The notes under the pieces are model-generated. The model saw only the letters and a program-made list of their open reading frames with translations. It made no database searches and was not told where the DNA came from. Positions 43,582 to 51,369 of a stretch of DNA of 64,000 nucleotides are shown one piece after another (the stretch's first letter is position 1; every line of letters begins with the position of its first letter). Source of the DNA: Leptospirales bacterium (GTDB lineage Bacteria; Spirochaetota; Leptospiria; Turneriellales; JAOUFE01); contig JBEQLE010000003.1 in assembly GCA_040326155.1 (NCBI GenBank), positions 32,001 to 96,000 of the forward strand, written 5' to 3'. The position numbers and the translations under genes are program-made.

Positions 43582-44272
43582 TCATATAGAGCCGGTCGGC
43601 TCGTTTTGAAGTTTTTTCATTTTTGACCTTGTTTTCAAGTTGTATAATAGCTTTTCGCATATATTGTTTATACACCAAAACTAAACCGGTACGGTCCCGA
43701 TGTCGATCAAGATCGGTAAAAACAAACCTGTCTTTTTCTTCAAAAGTTAATTCCGCATCGCTTGCTTCCGAATAGACAATAATAAGATCATCATTTGGGT
43801 CTGCATTTAAATTATCTCCAGAAAAAGGCGTGGGGTTTATAAGTTCACGGCGTTCCAATAGAAAAGTACCACCATAAGGGTTAAAACGGTCATATTGTAA
43901 CTTTACTTCTTTAAGTTTATCATCTTCAATGGTAAGAAGAATAATCGATGTAAATAAATACTTTTCACCATTCCACCGATACCCTTCCCCTGAATCAATA
44001 TCTAATTTTAACTCTTTGATACCATTCTGGTTGTCTTTTATAGAACTGGAAATGTACGGTATAAAAACATTAGCCCGTTTATGAAGCATATCAAGTTCAG
44101 CGTCGGCATACTGAGAATCGGCTATAGCCTTCGTCAATTTTTTTTGTTCATACCTGGCCTCCGCCGTCAACCCGGAAATACCGCTGAAATCAATCGAAAA
44201 AGGATCTTGTGCCAGCAAACCGGTCGTAATGGCGACAACTGCAATGAAAATATAGAATAATTGTTTTCCCAT
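43568..44272 (-). CDS. Hypothetical exported protein
   Basis: AGGAG RBS before ATG 44272, signal peptide; helix/beta-sheet/helix pattern. Confidence 0.7.
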   Translation of the reverse strand: MGKQLFYIFIAVVAITTGLLAQDPFSIDFSGISGLTAEARYEQKKLTKAIADSQYADAELDMLHKRANVFIPYISSSIKDNQNGIKELKLDIDSGEGYRWNGEKYLFTSIILLTIEDDKLKEVKLQYDRFNPYGGTFLLERRELINPTPFSGDNLNADPNDDLIIVYSEASDAELTFEEKDRFVFTDLDRHRDRTGLVLVYKQYMRKAIIQLENKVKNEKTSKRADRLYMIELE

Positions 44273-44382
44273 AGAAACTACTCCTGATAAACCGCGAGGC
44301 CTACCTATATTATCGGAATCCAGGTTGCCAAACCTCATGCAGATCTAATTTTTTCAAAATAGAGCGATTATTTTTTGTATAG

Positions 44383-44886
44383 TTATTTTCCGTACTGTTT
44401 TTCTTTTTCTGGTACGTCGGTATTCCAGGTATGGTAAGGAAATGTCCGCTTTGCCGAGATGGTGCCTTTATCACTTTCGTAGTCAATATCAACGTGTAGA
44501 ATTCCGTAGCCTCTTTGCTCCACCTTGACATCAACAGGATGAATGACTTCATCACATAATTTGTATCGATTGGTTGTATTACCGTTTAACTGAAGATCGC
44601 CTTCAACGGATAGATTAATAACCATAGAGTTGCATTTTTCAACCGGAAAAATACCAATCTTTACTGTTGTAAAAAGTTCAGGCAAAATTTTTCCCTCTCG
44701 ATCTACGGAAACTTTTACCCCCGAAGTAGTAGAGGTCATTTCTACTCTTGGCCGGTGAATTCTAACACCTGCAATTTTCATGGAAACGACCGTAAAAACC
44801 GCAGCGGCAATACTGACGGACAATATTCCGACTACCGTAAATATCGTGTTAAGCTTTTTCTTTCTTTTCTTTTCATCAGAATCCAT
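44383..44886 (-). CDS. Membrane-anchored beta-rich protein, paralog 3
   Basis: GGAG RBS; N-terminal TM; KCNSM..EGDLQLNG..C..GILHVDI aligns with 45409-45972. Confidence 0.75.
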   Translation of the reverse strand: MDSDEKKRKKKLNTIFTVVGILSVSIAAAVFTVVSMKIAGVRIHRPRVEMTSTTSGVKVSVDREGKILPELFTTVKIGIFPVEKCNSMVINLSVEGDLQLNGNTTNRYKLCDEVIHPVDVKVEQRGYGILHVDIDYESDKGTISAKRTFPYHTWNTDVPEKEKQYGK

Positions 44887-44981
44887 AGTTTACTCCGTAA
44901 CCAATTCCCGCGCAGAAGCCGAGATGAATTGTATATTCAGATTCAAGTAAAAATTGCTATCGATGCAGTAAACCTATTTAA

Positions 44982-45443
44982 TTAATTCAGGCGACCGCCG
45001 CCATTGAAGTAGATCGATTGTGAATTTGATATGATTTTGCCATTTTGCTCGATAATAACATCAATCGCCATAAACATTCTGCCTTTTTTGGTAAGTTTCA
45101 CTGTAAACTCAAAAGTGTGAATATCCGTTAACTCGATCGGTCCTTCGACTATTATTTTTCTTTTTCCACTTTTCCATTTTATACCGTCATTTAAAATACG
45201 CGCTCGAATAATCATTTTCGAACCTTTCTGAGCGGGTTTAATAGAAACTTTTACCGGAATTTCCGTAAATAAAGGATGTTCTGTCGGGTAATCTACGGAA
45301 AAAAATGCAACGCCGGTAATTTTAGCTGTGGGAGTTTCTGCTTCGGAATATTGTATGGAGTTTGCTGCGTGACAGGAAAAAAGGAACAAGCTCACTACAA
45401 GAGCAAAACTACTCAACCGGTATAACAATAATTTTTTGACCAT
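44982..45443 (-). CDS. Beta-rich lipoprotein, paralog 2
   Basis: Lipobox LFSC; IPVKVSI...GRMFMAIDV...SQSIYF aligns with neighbours. Confidence 0.7.
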   Translation of the reverse strand: MVKKLLLYRLSSFALVVSLFLFSCHAANSIQYSEAETPTAKITGVAFFSVDYPTEHPLFTEIPVKVSIKPAQKGSKMIIRARILNDGIKWKSGKRKIIVEGPIELTDIHTFEFTVKLTKKGRMFMAIDVIIEQNGKIISNSQSIYFNGGGRLN

Positions 45444-45972
45444 TTTCTGTTTCCAAAAGTTCATCAACGGGAGCTGTTGTGTCTGCGCCGGCTATTGTTG
45501 AAAAATAGATTGCTTTCGAACTCTGGTATGTTGCTGAGTTTATCGATACAAATTCTACGTCTACGATTAAAAAACCAGTTTTTTCCGACGGAAGGTTTAC
45601 TGTTACATCGTGTGTATAATTTTCACATACACCGGAAGACTTTATTGTTGAGCCATTGAAATTCAAATCTCCTCGAATTCGTATACTTGATTGAATGCTT
45701 GTGCAAGGCATAGCCGCCGATATTTGAACAGTGACAGGAACATTTACATTTGCGCTGATTTGCCCCGAAATGGAAGGTACAATATAGACAAACTGAGGTT
45801 TTCCATCATTATAGGGATTAACCGGCGTTTCGTAGATACTCTGTTTGGAACTGCTTCCAGCTATTAAACTATATACAACGGCACAAATGGGTATAACCAC
45901 CGCTAATGCGCCAAAAATATAAAACATGCGCACCGGTGATTTAGATTTACAATTTATATTATTATCTCTCAT
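45409..45972 (-). CDS. Membrane-anchored beta-rich protein, paralog 1
   Basis: N-terminal TM; VPVTVQI..PC..RGDLNFNG..C..GFLIVDV..SKAIYF. Confidence 0.75.
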   Translation of the reverse strand: MRDNNINCKSKSPVRMFYIFGALAVVIPICAVVYSLIAGSSSKQSIYETPVNPYNDGKPQFVYIVPSISGQISANVNVPVTVQISAAMPCTSIQSSIRIRGDLNFNGSTIKSSGVCENYTHDVTVNLPSEKTGFLIVDVEFVSINSATYQSSKAIYFSTIAGADTTAPVDELLETENGQKIIVIPVE

Positions 45973-45983
45973 TTTCTAAGTTC

Positions 45984-47747
45984 CTATTGAGCCAAAAAGT
46001 ATATCGCAATGGGAGATGGTCCAACGTAACTTTGTTTTAGATAAGCTGCGACAATATAAGTTCTTCCATTCACACTCGTAAATGTCACTGAAGGGCAGTT
46101 CGCATCCCCGGATGTAGTATCAGAATCTACAATCGAACCGGCAGACCAGATTACCAGGGAAAGCTTTAAGTCTGAAGAGGTGCCAGTACAGACAACCGTA
46201 TTGCTGGTATCGACCTTTACGGTAATGGAATTTCCATCGCCCGTAAACTGAAAAAGACGATGAGCGCCGAATTTATTATACGGGTAATTTAGTATACCGC
46301 CCGTGTGGGTACTGCCCCCGCTTCCACTGCCATACTTAATTGTATCCGGAAAAATAACACTCAGTGTACTCAATTTATATAGTGACCACCAGCCTGTAGT
46401 CTGCACCGCGCCGGTTGAAGGAGGGTACTTGATTCCCGCCGCATTGTACGCCGTACCGAGGTCGTTGTCAACATCGAGAGGGTCGGCTGTATCGCCTGAA
46501 CCCGTACAGGCACCGGAACAAAGAGAGTTATACGAGTTACCAAGCGCAGCCCACAGAGAGCTTAAACCTTCCGCAGTTCCACCGTATTTCTGATTGTAAA
46601 ATGCGGCAAAAGATTGTAGTGTCGTCGAACTTTTCTCTTTTTTCATTAAACGTAAAACCGGGTCTATGCGGTCAAAAGAACCGCTGGTGTCAGTAACCCC
46701 GTCACGGGCATCAAACAAAGACCATAGAAAATTCTGAACGTTGAATTCACTGTAAACGGTTTTCAGATCGACCGAATAAGCGGCGGCGGCTGTGCGAACG
46801 TCAAATTCGAAGCCAGAGGCGGAATTTGCGCCAGACGTATCTACATAAACCGGGTCGCTGAAGGTCATACCTGAAATGGCGTTGCCAAAGCCTTCACTGA
46901 AAGCCACTCTGGGGTCAAGAGAGTCGTAAATAGAGTGCGCGCCACCCACACTGTCACCACGGTAAATATTTTTTTCTACGTAATGACCAAACTCATGCGC
47001 TACAACATGGTCGTCGTACTCATCGGTGTCTACCCCGGCGTCGCCCAGAATAAACAGGTGCGGCGTACCGCTGATTTCAGTATAATGCGAAGTTCCAATC
47101 AGGCCCAGAGTATAAGACCCACCCGTATTTGTATTATTGGGACTCCAGTTTATATATAAAAACGGAAAACTCTGAGATGGCTTTGCCTGACAAACCAGCT
47201 CCATTTCGCGCAAAGCTGTATCGAGAATGGCAAATGGGCCTGCGATTCTATCGGAATTAGTAGACGAGTTTTCATCTTTTAGGGGAATATGAATATTTGT
47301 AGTTTCACCTGCCGTAACATTAGATTTTTCAACGGTGTAAACTGCTCCTGAGTTTGTATTATCTACAACATATATTTCCCAGGAGGCGCCGGAACAATTT
47401 TCCGGTCCAATACCGTCTTTAGTATGGCTTGTATCTTCCAGTACCGCATAAACACGCAGTTTTATGTTTGTAACAGAAGTGGAAAATGAGAATTTTCCTT
47501 CATCGTCCGTAACTCCCTCACCGACAACGGAATTTCCGGAAATTGCCTGAACAACCACTCTTCGAGCGGGCTTTTTAGTTTTAGCGTTAAAATCGAGTTT
47601 TGCTCCGCCTTCACTTGAATCGAGAGCAGGAACATGGTCAAACGTAACCTTCCCTTCAACCATCATAAAATTTTCACCACATGCTGTCGCGATCGTAGAT
47701 ATTCCAGCAAATAATAGTATTAAAAATTTGAATTTTAATCTGTGCAT
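45984..47747 (-). CDS. Zinc metalloprotease-like lipoprotein (HExxH with downstream Glu)
   Basis: Lipobox ATAC; DTDEYDDHVVAHEFGH and AFSEGFGNA; C-terminal beta domain; likely start 47747. Confidence 0.82.
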   Translation of the reverse strand: MHRLKFKFLILLFAGISTIATACGENFMMVEGKVTFDHVPALDSSEGGAKLDFNAKTKKPARRVVVQAISGNSVVGEGVTDDEGKFSFSTSVTNIKLRVYAVLEDTSHTKDGIGPENCSGASWEIYVVDNTNSGAVYTVEKSNVTAGETTNIHIPLKDENSSTNSDRIAGPFAILDTALREMELVCQAKPSQSFPFLYINWSPNNTNTGGSYTLGLIGTSHYTEISGTPHLFILGDAGVDTDEYDDHVVAHEFGHYVEKNIYRGDSVGGAHSIYDSLDPRVAFSEGFGNAISGMTFSDPVYVDTSGANSASGFEFDVRTAAAAYSVDLKTVYSEFNVQNFLWSLFDARDGVTDTSGSFDRIDPVLRLMKKEKSSTTLQSFAAFYNQKYGGTAEGLSSLWAALGNSYNSLCSGACTGSGDTADPLDVDNDLGTAYNAAGIKYPPSTGAVQTTGWWSLYKLSTLSVIFPDTIKYGSGSGGSTHTGGILNYPYNKFGAHRLFQFTGDGNSITVKVDTSNTVVCTGTSSDLKLSLVIWSAGSIVDSDTTSGDANCPSVTFTSVNGRTYIVAAYLKQSYVGPSPIAIYFLAQ

Positions 47748-47830
47748 ATAACGTTTATCTGGTAGAATATAATACAATAACAGAGAAACAACCACTTTTC
47801 TCTTTAAACGAAATTATATTAGAACGAGAC

Positions 47831-47912
47831 CGGTAGCATTCCGCACTGCGAACCCCTGGTGTAAGGTACCTTTACATTACGGAAATTCGAGGGACTTCGT
47901 CTGCCTGCTCTT
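47831..47912. repeat. Diverged intergenic element, copy B
   Basis: Shares CGG-N7-CCGCA(G/C)TGCGAAC..TACCTT..TACG.AAA..TTCG with copy A. Confidence 0.45.
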
Positions 47913-47950
47913 TGTTTAAAAGTTTTTAATGTACAAAACCTTTAAATGGG

Positions 47951-47979
47951 TTGACAATTGTTGTTTTTTATAATAAATT
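47951..47979 (+). promoter_or_regulatory. Sigma70-type promoter of tmRNA
   Basis: TTGACA (47951-47956), 17-bp spacer, TAAATT (47974-47979), 10 nt before the mature 5' end. Confidence 0.7.
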
Positions 47980-47989
47980 ACATTGAACC

Positions 47990-48332
47990 GGGGACGAATT
48001 TGGCATCGACTGGTGTTTTCGGTGGAAAGAAAAGCATGTGAAGTACCCATCTTCTAAAAAGGGACTCGGTCTTAAATGCCGACGATGTAGATTACGCAAT
48101 GGCTGCTTAATTGCAGTTTGCACTGGCTGAGCATACGCTTCTGGTTGCTCGTGCTAGTTAACTTACGGAAGCTGGGTTCATTGACGCAGATACTTTGAAT
48201 CGAGAAAACTTCTGCTATGGATTGATTTTTCTTGTCTATGAGGCGGGTCTCTCCGAGAAATAATTATAGACTAAACATGTAGAAAGCTTTTTAGCGAGCA
48301 TCAGGACGCGGGTTCGACTCCCGCCGTCTCCA
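47990..48332 (+). ncRNA. ssrA: tmRNA; tag peptide (A)ADDVDYAMAA*
   Basis: GGGGACG/CGTCTCCA acceptor stem with G3-U pair, GGTTCGACTCC T-loop, tag ORF 48078-48110. Confidence 0.96.
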
Positions 48333-48361
48333 ATTTACCGGAATTTAGCAAAATCGGCCGG

Positions 48362-49093
48362 TCAAGCGGAAGACATCACTTCATCCCGGAAGAGTAAAAG
48401 GTGGCTTAGAATCCGCCTTTTTTCGTCGTCAATTTTCGCCTGTTCGAAACGTTTGGAATGCATATACACCAAACGTTGCGGACCAGATGTTACAACTGTC
48501 GGAAGACCTTCAAACGTTGTTATTTTACCCGTTACCTTTTCAAGAGCTTCTTTATCGCGGCCAAAAAGAACAGGCGCGGCTTGCCCTAAAATTAAAATTC
48601 CCTTTAACTTGTATTGATCAATATCTTCACGAATATGCTGTACACAGTTTGAAAAATTTGCCGGGTCATTTTCATCGTTTTTTCCAAAATAACACCTTAG
48701 AACCTCCCGAATCAACAAAGACTCCGTCGGAACTCCCAAACCTGCTGAAATCATTTTTCGAAACAGTTTATCGGCTGAGGGCATCTCATAGTATTGCTTT
48801 TTTGCTAAAATAAAAGAGTTGTGAATTAACACAAGATATGGTAGTTTTACCAGCTCCTCGTCAAATTGGCGCGGTTTATAGCCAATTCTTCGAGAACACA
48901 TGACGCAAACTTTCGGGTCATAAAGCGTTTCGACTGTTGTTTCTGCAATGGGTGGCGCAAACGAAAGGTCAATAGCTAAGGGATCCGCTTCATTTTCACG
49001 ATTCCATACAAGAGTGTCAGGATCTGACTGGCGCAGCCAGGATTTCAAATCTTTGACTAAGTGAAGAACTTCAGGATAGGAGTCCAGCCTCAT
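48362..49093 (-). CDS. Uracil-DNA glycosylase superfamily-like protein with divergent active site
   Basis: CxxC...C-x15-C, ILILGQAA; GE(A/G)PG and HP motifs absent. Confidence 0.6.
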   Translation of the reverse strand: MRLDSYPEVLHLVKDLKSWLRQSDPDTLVWNRENEADPLAIDLSFAPPIAETTVETLYDPKVCVMCSRRIGYKPRQFDEELVKLPYLVLIHNSFILAKKQYYEMPSADKLFRKMISAGLGVPTESLLIREVLRCYFGKNDENDPANFSNCVQHIREDIDQYKLKGILILGQAAPVLFGRDKEALEKVTGKITTFEGLPTVVTSGPQRLVYMHSKRFEQAKIDDEKRRILSHLLLFRDEVMSSA

Positions 49094-49094
49094 A

Positions 49095-49490
49095 TCATAT
49101 ATTGGTTGACCTTTTTAGCTTGTCTTTTTGAATTTTATCGTATTTTTCTTGAGCACCCAGGCTTCTCTTGGCTTCAGGTAAAACTTTTAAACGAGATTTA
49201 TTTATAAGCTCTTCTGTATCAATGCAAATTCCATATTTGCCTTCTTCAAGCCTAGCCAAGGCCTCTTCAATATCCTTGAGTGTGTTCACTTCCGCAGTGG
49301 TTAAGCTTAAATTCATCTCTTGCTCAAGCAATTCTGTAGCCATATCGACCATATCACCGGGCTCATCAGACTTTTCACTGGAAACTTCTTCGACTTGGTT
49401 CTGAATTTCTTTCATTAACCGAGTTCTTTTTTCGAGTAACAGCGCTTTAAAATCTTCCAGCTCTTTTTTTGTAAAAGGACTTTTTTTCAT
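49095..49490 (-). CDS. dksA: DksA/TraR family transcription factor
   Basis: DxxDxA coiled-coil tip (DMVDMA); ALARLEEGKYGIC. Confidence 0.85.
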   Translation of the reverse strand: MKKSPFTKKELEDFKALLLEKRTRLMKEIQNQVEEVSSEKSDEPGDMVDMATELLEQEMNLSLTTAEVNTLKDIEEALARLEEGKYGICIDTEELINKSRLKVLPEAKRSLGAQEKYDKIQKDKLKRSTNI

Positions 49491-49624
49491 TTGCCGGTTC
49501 TCTCGCAGGTACACTGTTTGTCAAATATATTTCCATATAAAATGTTATAAAGTGGATTAAAGTGAATATATTATAGAGACTTTGAATATAAATTTTAGAA
49601 AATAATTCCGTTCCGATAAAAACC

Positions 49625-51367
49625 CTACATAGAGTCTTTAATATCTTTTTCCATTCTTTCGCGCAATTCTTTAAGGCGTTTTCGCCATTTTAGTTGTTCT
49701 ACCTGGTCACCTCGATTATCTTCTATTTTTTCTAAAATAAACTCTAACTCTGCCTGATCATCTTTAAACTCTTTCATCCCTATATTTTGCTCCATTGGCA
49801 GTGATTCCAGATAAATCGTATAGTGAATTGTGGGTCCGAACTGGCCGGTTTGTATACTGCGGGAGCGAGCATGTACATAATATTTTCCCGGTTTAAATTT
49901 ATGTTTTATCGAGCCCTGCCCGTTTGAGTTTTGAAATAATTTTTCAGGAGTGTATACTGGTATCGCATTTATTTCCAGGTAATACTCATAAGGACCGTAA
50001 TTTTTAATAAATATGAAAATTGGGTTACCCGAAACTGTTTTATCGGCCTTTTCCCCTTTTACAACAATGTCGGGCGCAGGTGGTTTTTTCCACACCACTG
50101 GTATATGATACACCGGAGATTCCCTGCCTGTTGTTTCCGATTTTGCTTGAATATGCAATACATTCTCGCCTTCTTTTACGGATGAAAGTCGCACTATTTC
50201 AGATTCAACGCTTGTGTAGTCGGGTAAAGGTTTTCCATTTGGATTTTCATCTAATATATACCTGTACTGGTATAATTCCGTTTGCGGAGTTTTTTGCCAC
50301 TGTAACACCATTTCAGGGTATCCCTCCGCCTCATCGATACTCCACGAGAAATGAGTTATTGCCAGGCTCTGTTGAGTCGGGTCAACCGAATATAAATGAC
50401 CAATGCTGGATTCCAGTATTAGCCAGGGATAACCTTTTTTGTCAATTCCGGGGTAAGGTTTCATTGCAAAAGGCATGGAAAACGATTTCAGCTTTTTCGC
50501 CCGCTCCATGTTATCAAGTTCAACCCAGTATACAGACGAAGAATTTTCCGATAGCATATACAGAGCTGTTGTTCCTGAATGTTTCAGCATTACCATATGA
50601 GTTGTATATTGCAGGTTTCCTTCGTTCAACAATTTTTTTGTTTTGTATTTTTCACCGGTTTCTTTTAAGACCCAGAGTGTATTTTCAGAATCGATTAAAT
50701 AGCAATAGGTCGTTTCACCGGATGGTATAAAAAGTGAGGCTTTTACCGCCATGGAAAGAGGTCGATGTTTGTATCTACCGTTTTTCCAGACGCCCCAATA
50801 ATAAATTCCTTTTGTCTGGTAAATAAAGTGAGCCGATATATTCGTCCAGTTTAAACCAAAAGAAATAATCGAATCTGAACTTGTTAAAATATTAAACTTT
50901 TTTTCTTCGAACTTTATATCAAGTAAATAGTTGCCATTTTCCTTTGATAAAAACAAAAATACGGGCTTTTGGGACTTGTCAAATTGCATGTCAAAATCTA
51001 TAAAATTTTGCCTGATTATAAATTCTTCATGGTAAACTATTGCAAGTTTTTTATTATAAACATTTAATTCAACGACTCCGGTATTTTTATGATAGGTTAC
51101 AATGGCGTCGGCGTCATTATATGGGAAATGACGAATTAAGTCAGGGGCACCGGCATAGCTGAATATTTTTTTTACTCCGCCCTTTTCTCCGGTTGCATAC
51201 GTATACAGGTTTTGCTTACGGGTAAAAAAATAATTCTTTTTCCACGCGTATGCTTTTGTTGGCACAATTTTATAATCAAATAAAGGCCATGTCTCTTTTT
51301 CGGCGCTATATAAATTAGACGAAAATATTAAAAAAGTTATAAATAGGAGAATTTTTTTCATAATCAA
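49625..51367 (-). CDS. Large exported protein with C-terminal Ig-like repeats
   Basis: Signal peptide; YRYILD..P..G.NVLHI and PGKYYVHARS repeats. Confidence 0.7.
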   Translation of the reverse strand: MIMKKILLFITFLIFSSNLYSAEKETWPLFDYKIVPTKAYAWKKNYFFTRKQNLYTYATGEKGGVKKIFSYAGAPDLIRHFPYNDADAIVTYHKNTGVVELNVYNKKLAIVYHEEFIIRQNFIDFDMQFDKSQKPVFLFLSKENGNYLLDIKFEEKKFNILTSSDSIISFGLNWTNISAHFIYQTKGIYYWGVWKNGRYKHRPLSMAVKASLFIPSGETTYCYLIDSENTLWVLKETGEKYKTKKLLNEGNLQYTTHMVMLKHSGTTALYMLSENSSSVYWVELDNMERAKKLKSFSMPFAMKPYPGIDKKGYPWLILESSIGHLYSVDPTQQSLAITHFSWSIDEAEGYPEMVLQWQKTPQTELYQYRYILDENPNGKPLPDYTSVESEIVRLSSVKEGENVLHIQAKSETTGRESPVYHIPVVWKKPPAPDIVVKGEKADKTVSGNPIFIFIKNYGPYEYYLEINAIPVYTPEKLFQNSNGQGSIKHKFKPGKYYVHARSRSIQTGQFGPTIHYTIYLESLPMEQNIGMKEFKDDQAELEFILEKIEDNRGDQVEQLKWRKRLKELRERMEKDIKDSM

Positions 51368-51369
51368 GT

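Noticed and set aside
47860..47887. dif-like site (AATTTCCGTAA-TGTAAA on the minus strand)
   Set aside because: No XerD arm (TTATGTTAAAT-like)
47831..47920. Resemblance to SAM-I riboswitch (AAGAG-CAGGCAGA...AAGGTAC), c-di-GMP-II riboswitch or 6S RNA
   Set aside because: The required pairings (SAM-I P1/P2, c-di-GMP-II kink-turn and pseudoknot) cannot be formed, and it is far too short for 6S
48325..48361. Island integrated at the tmRNA (or tRNA-Val) 3' end
   Set aside because: No integrase and no duplicated 3'-end fragment noticed in the window
50020..50730. 236-aa plus-strand ORF and the many other short ORFs antisense to or nested in called genes
   Set aside because: Shadow frames of well-supported genes, with no recognisable motifs
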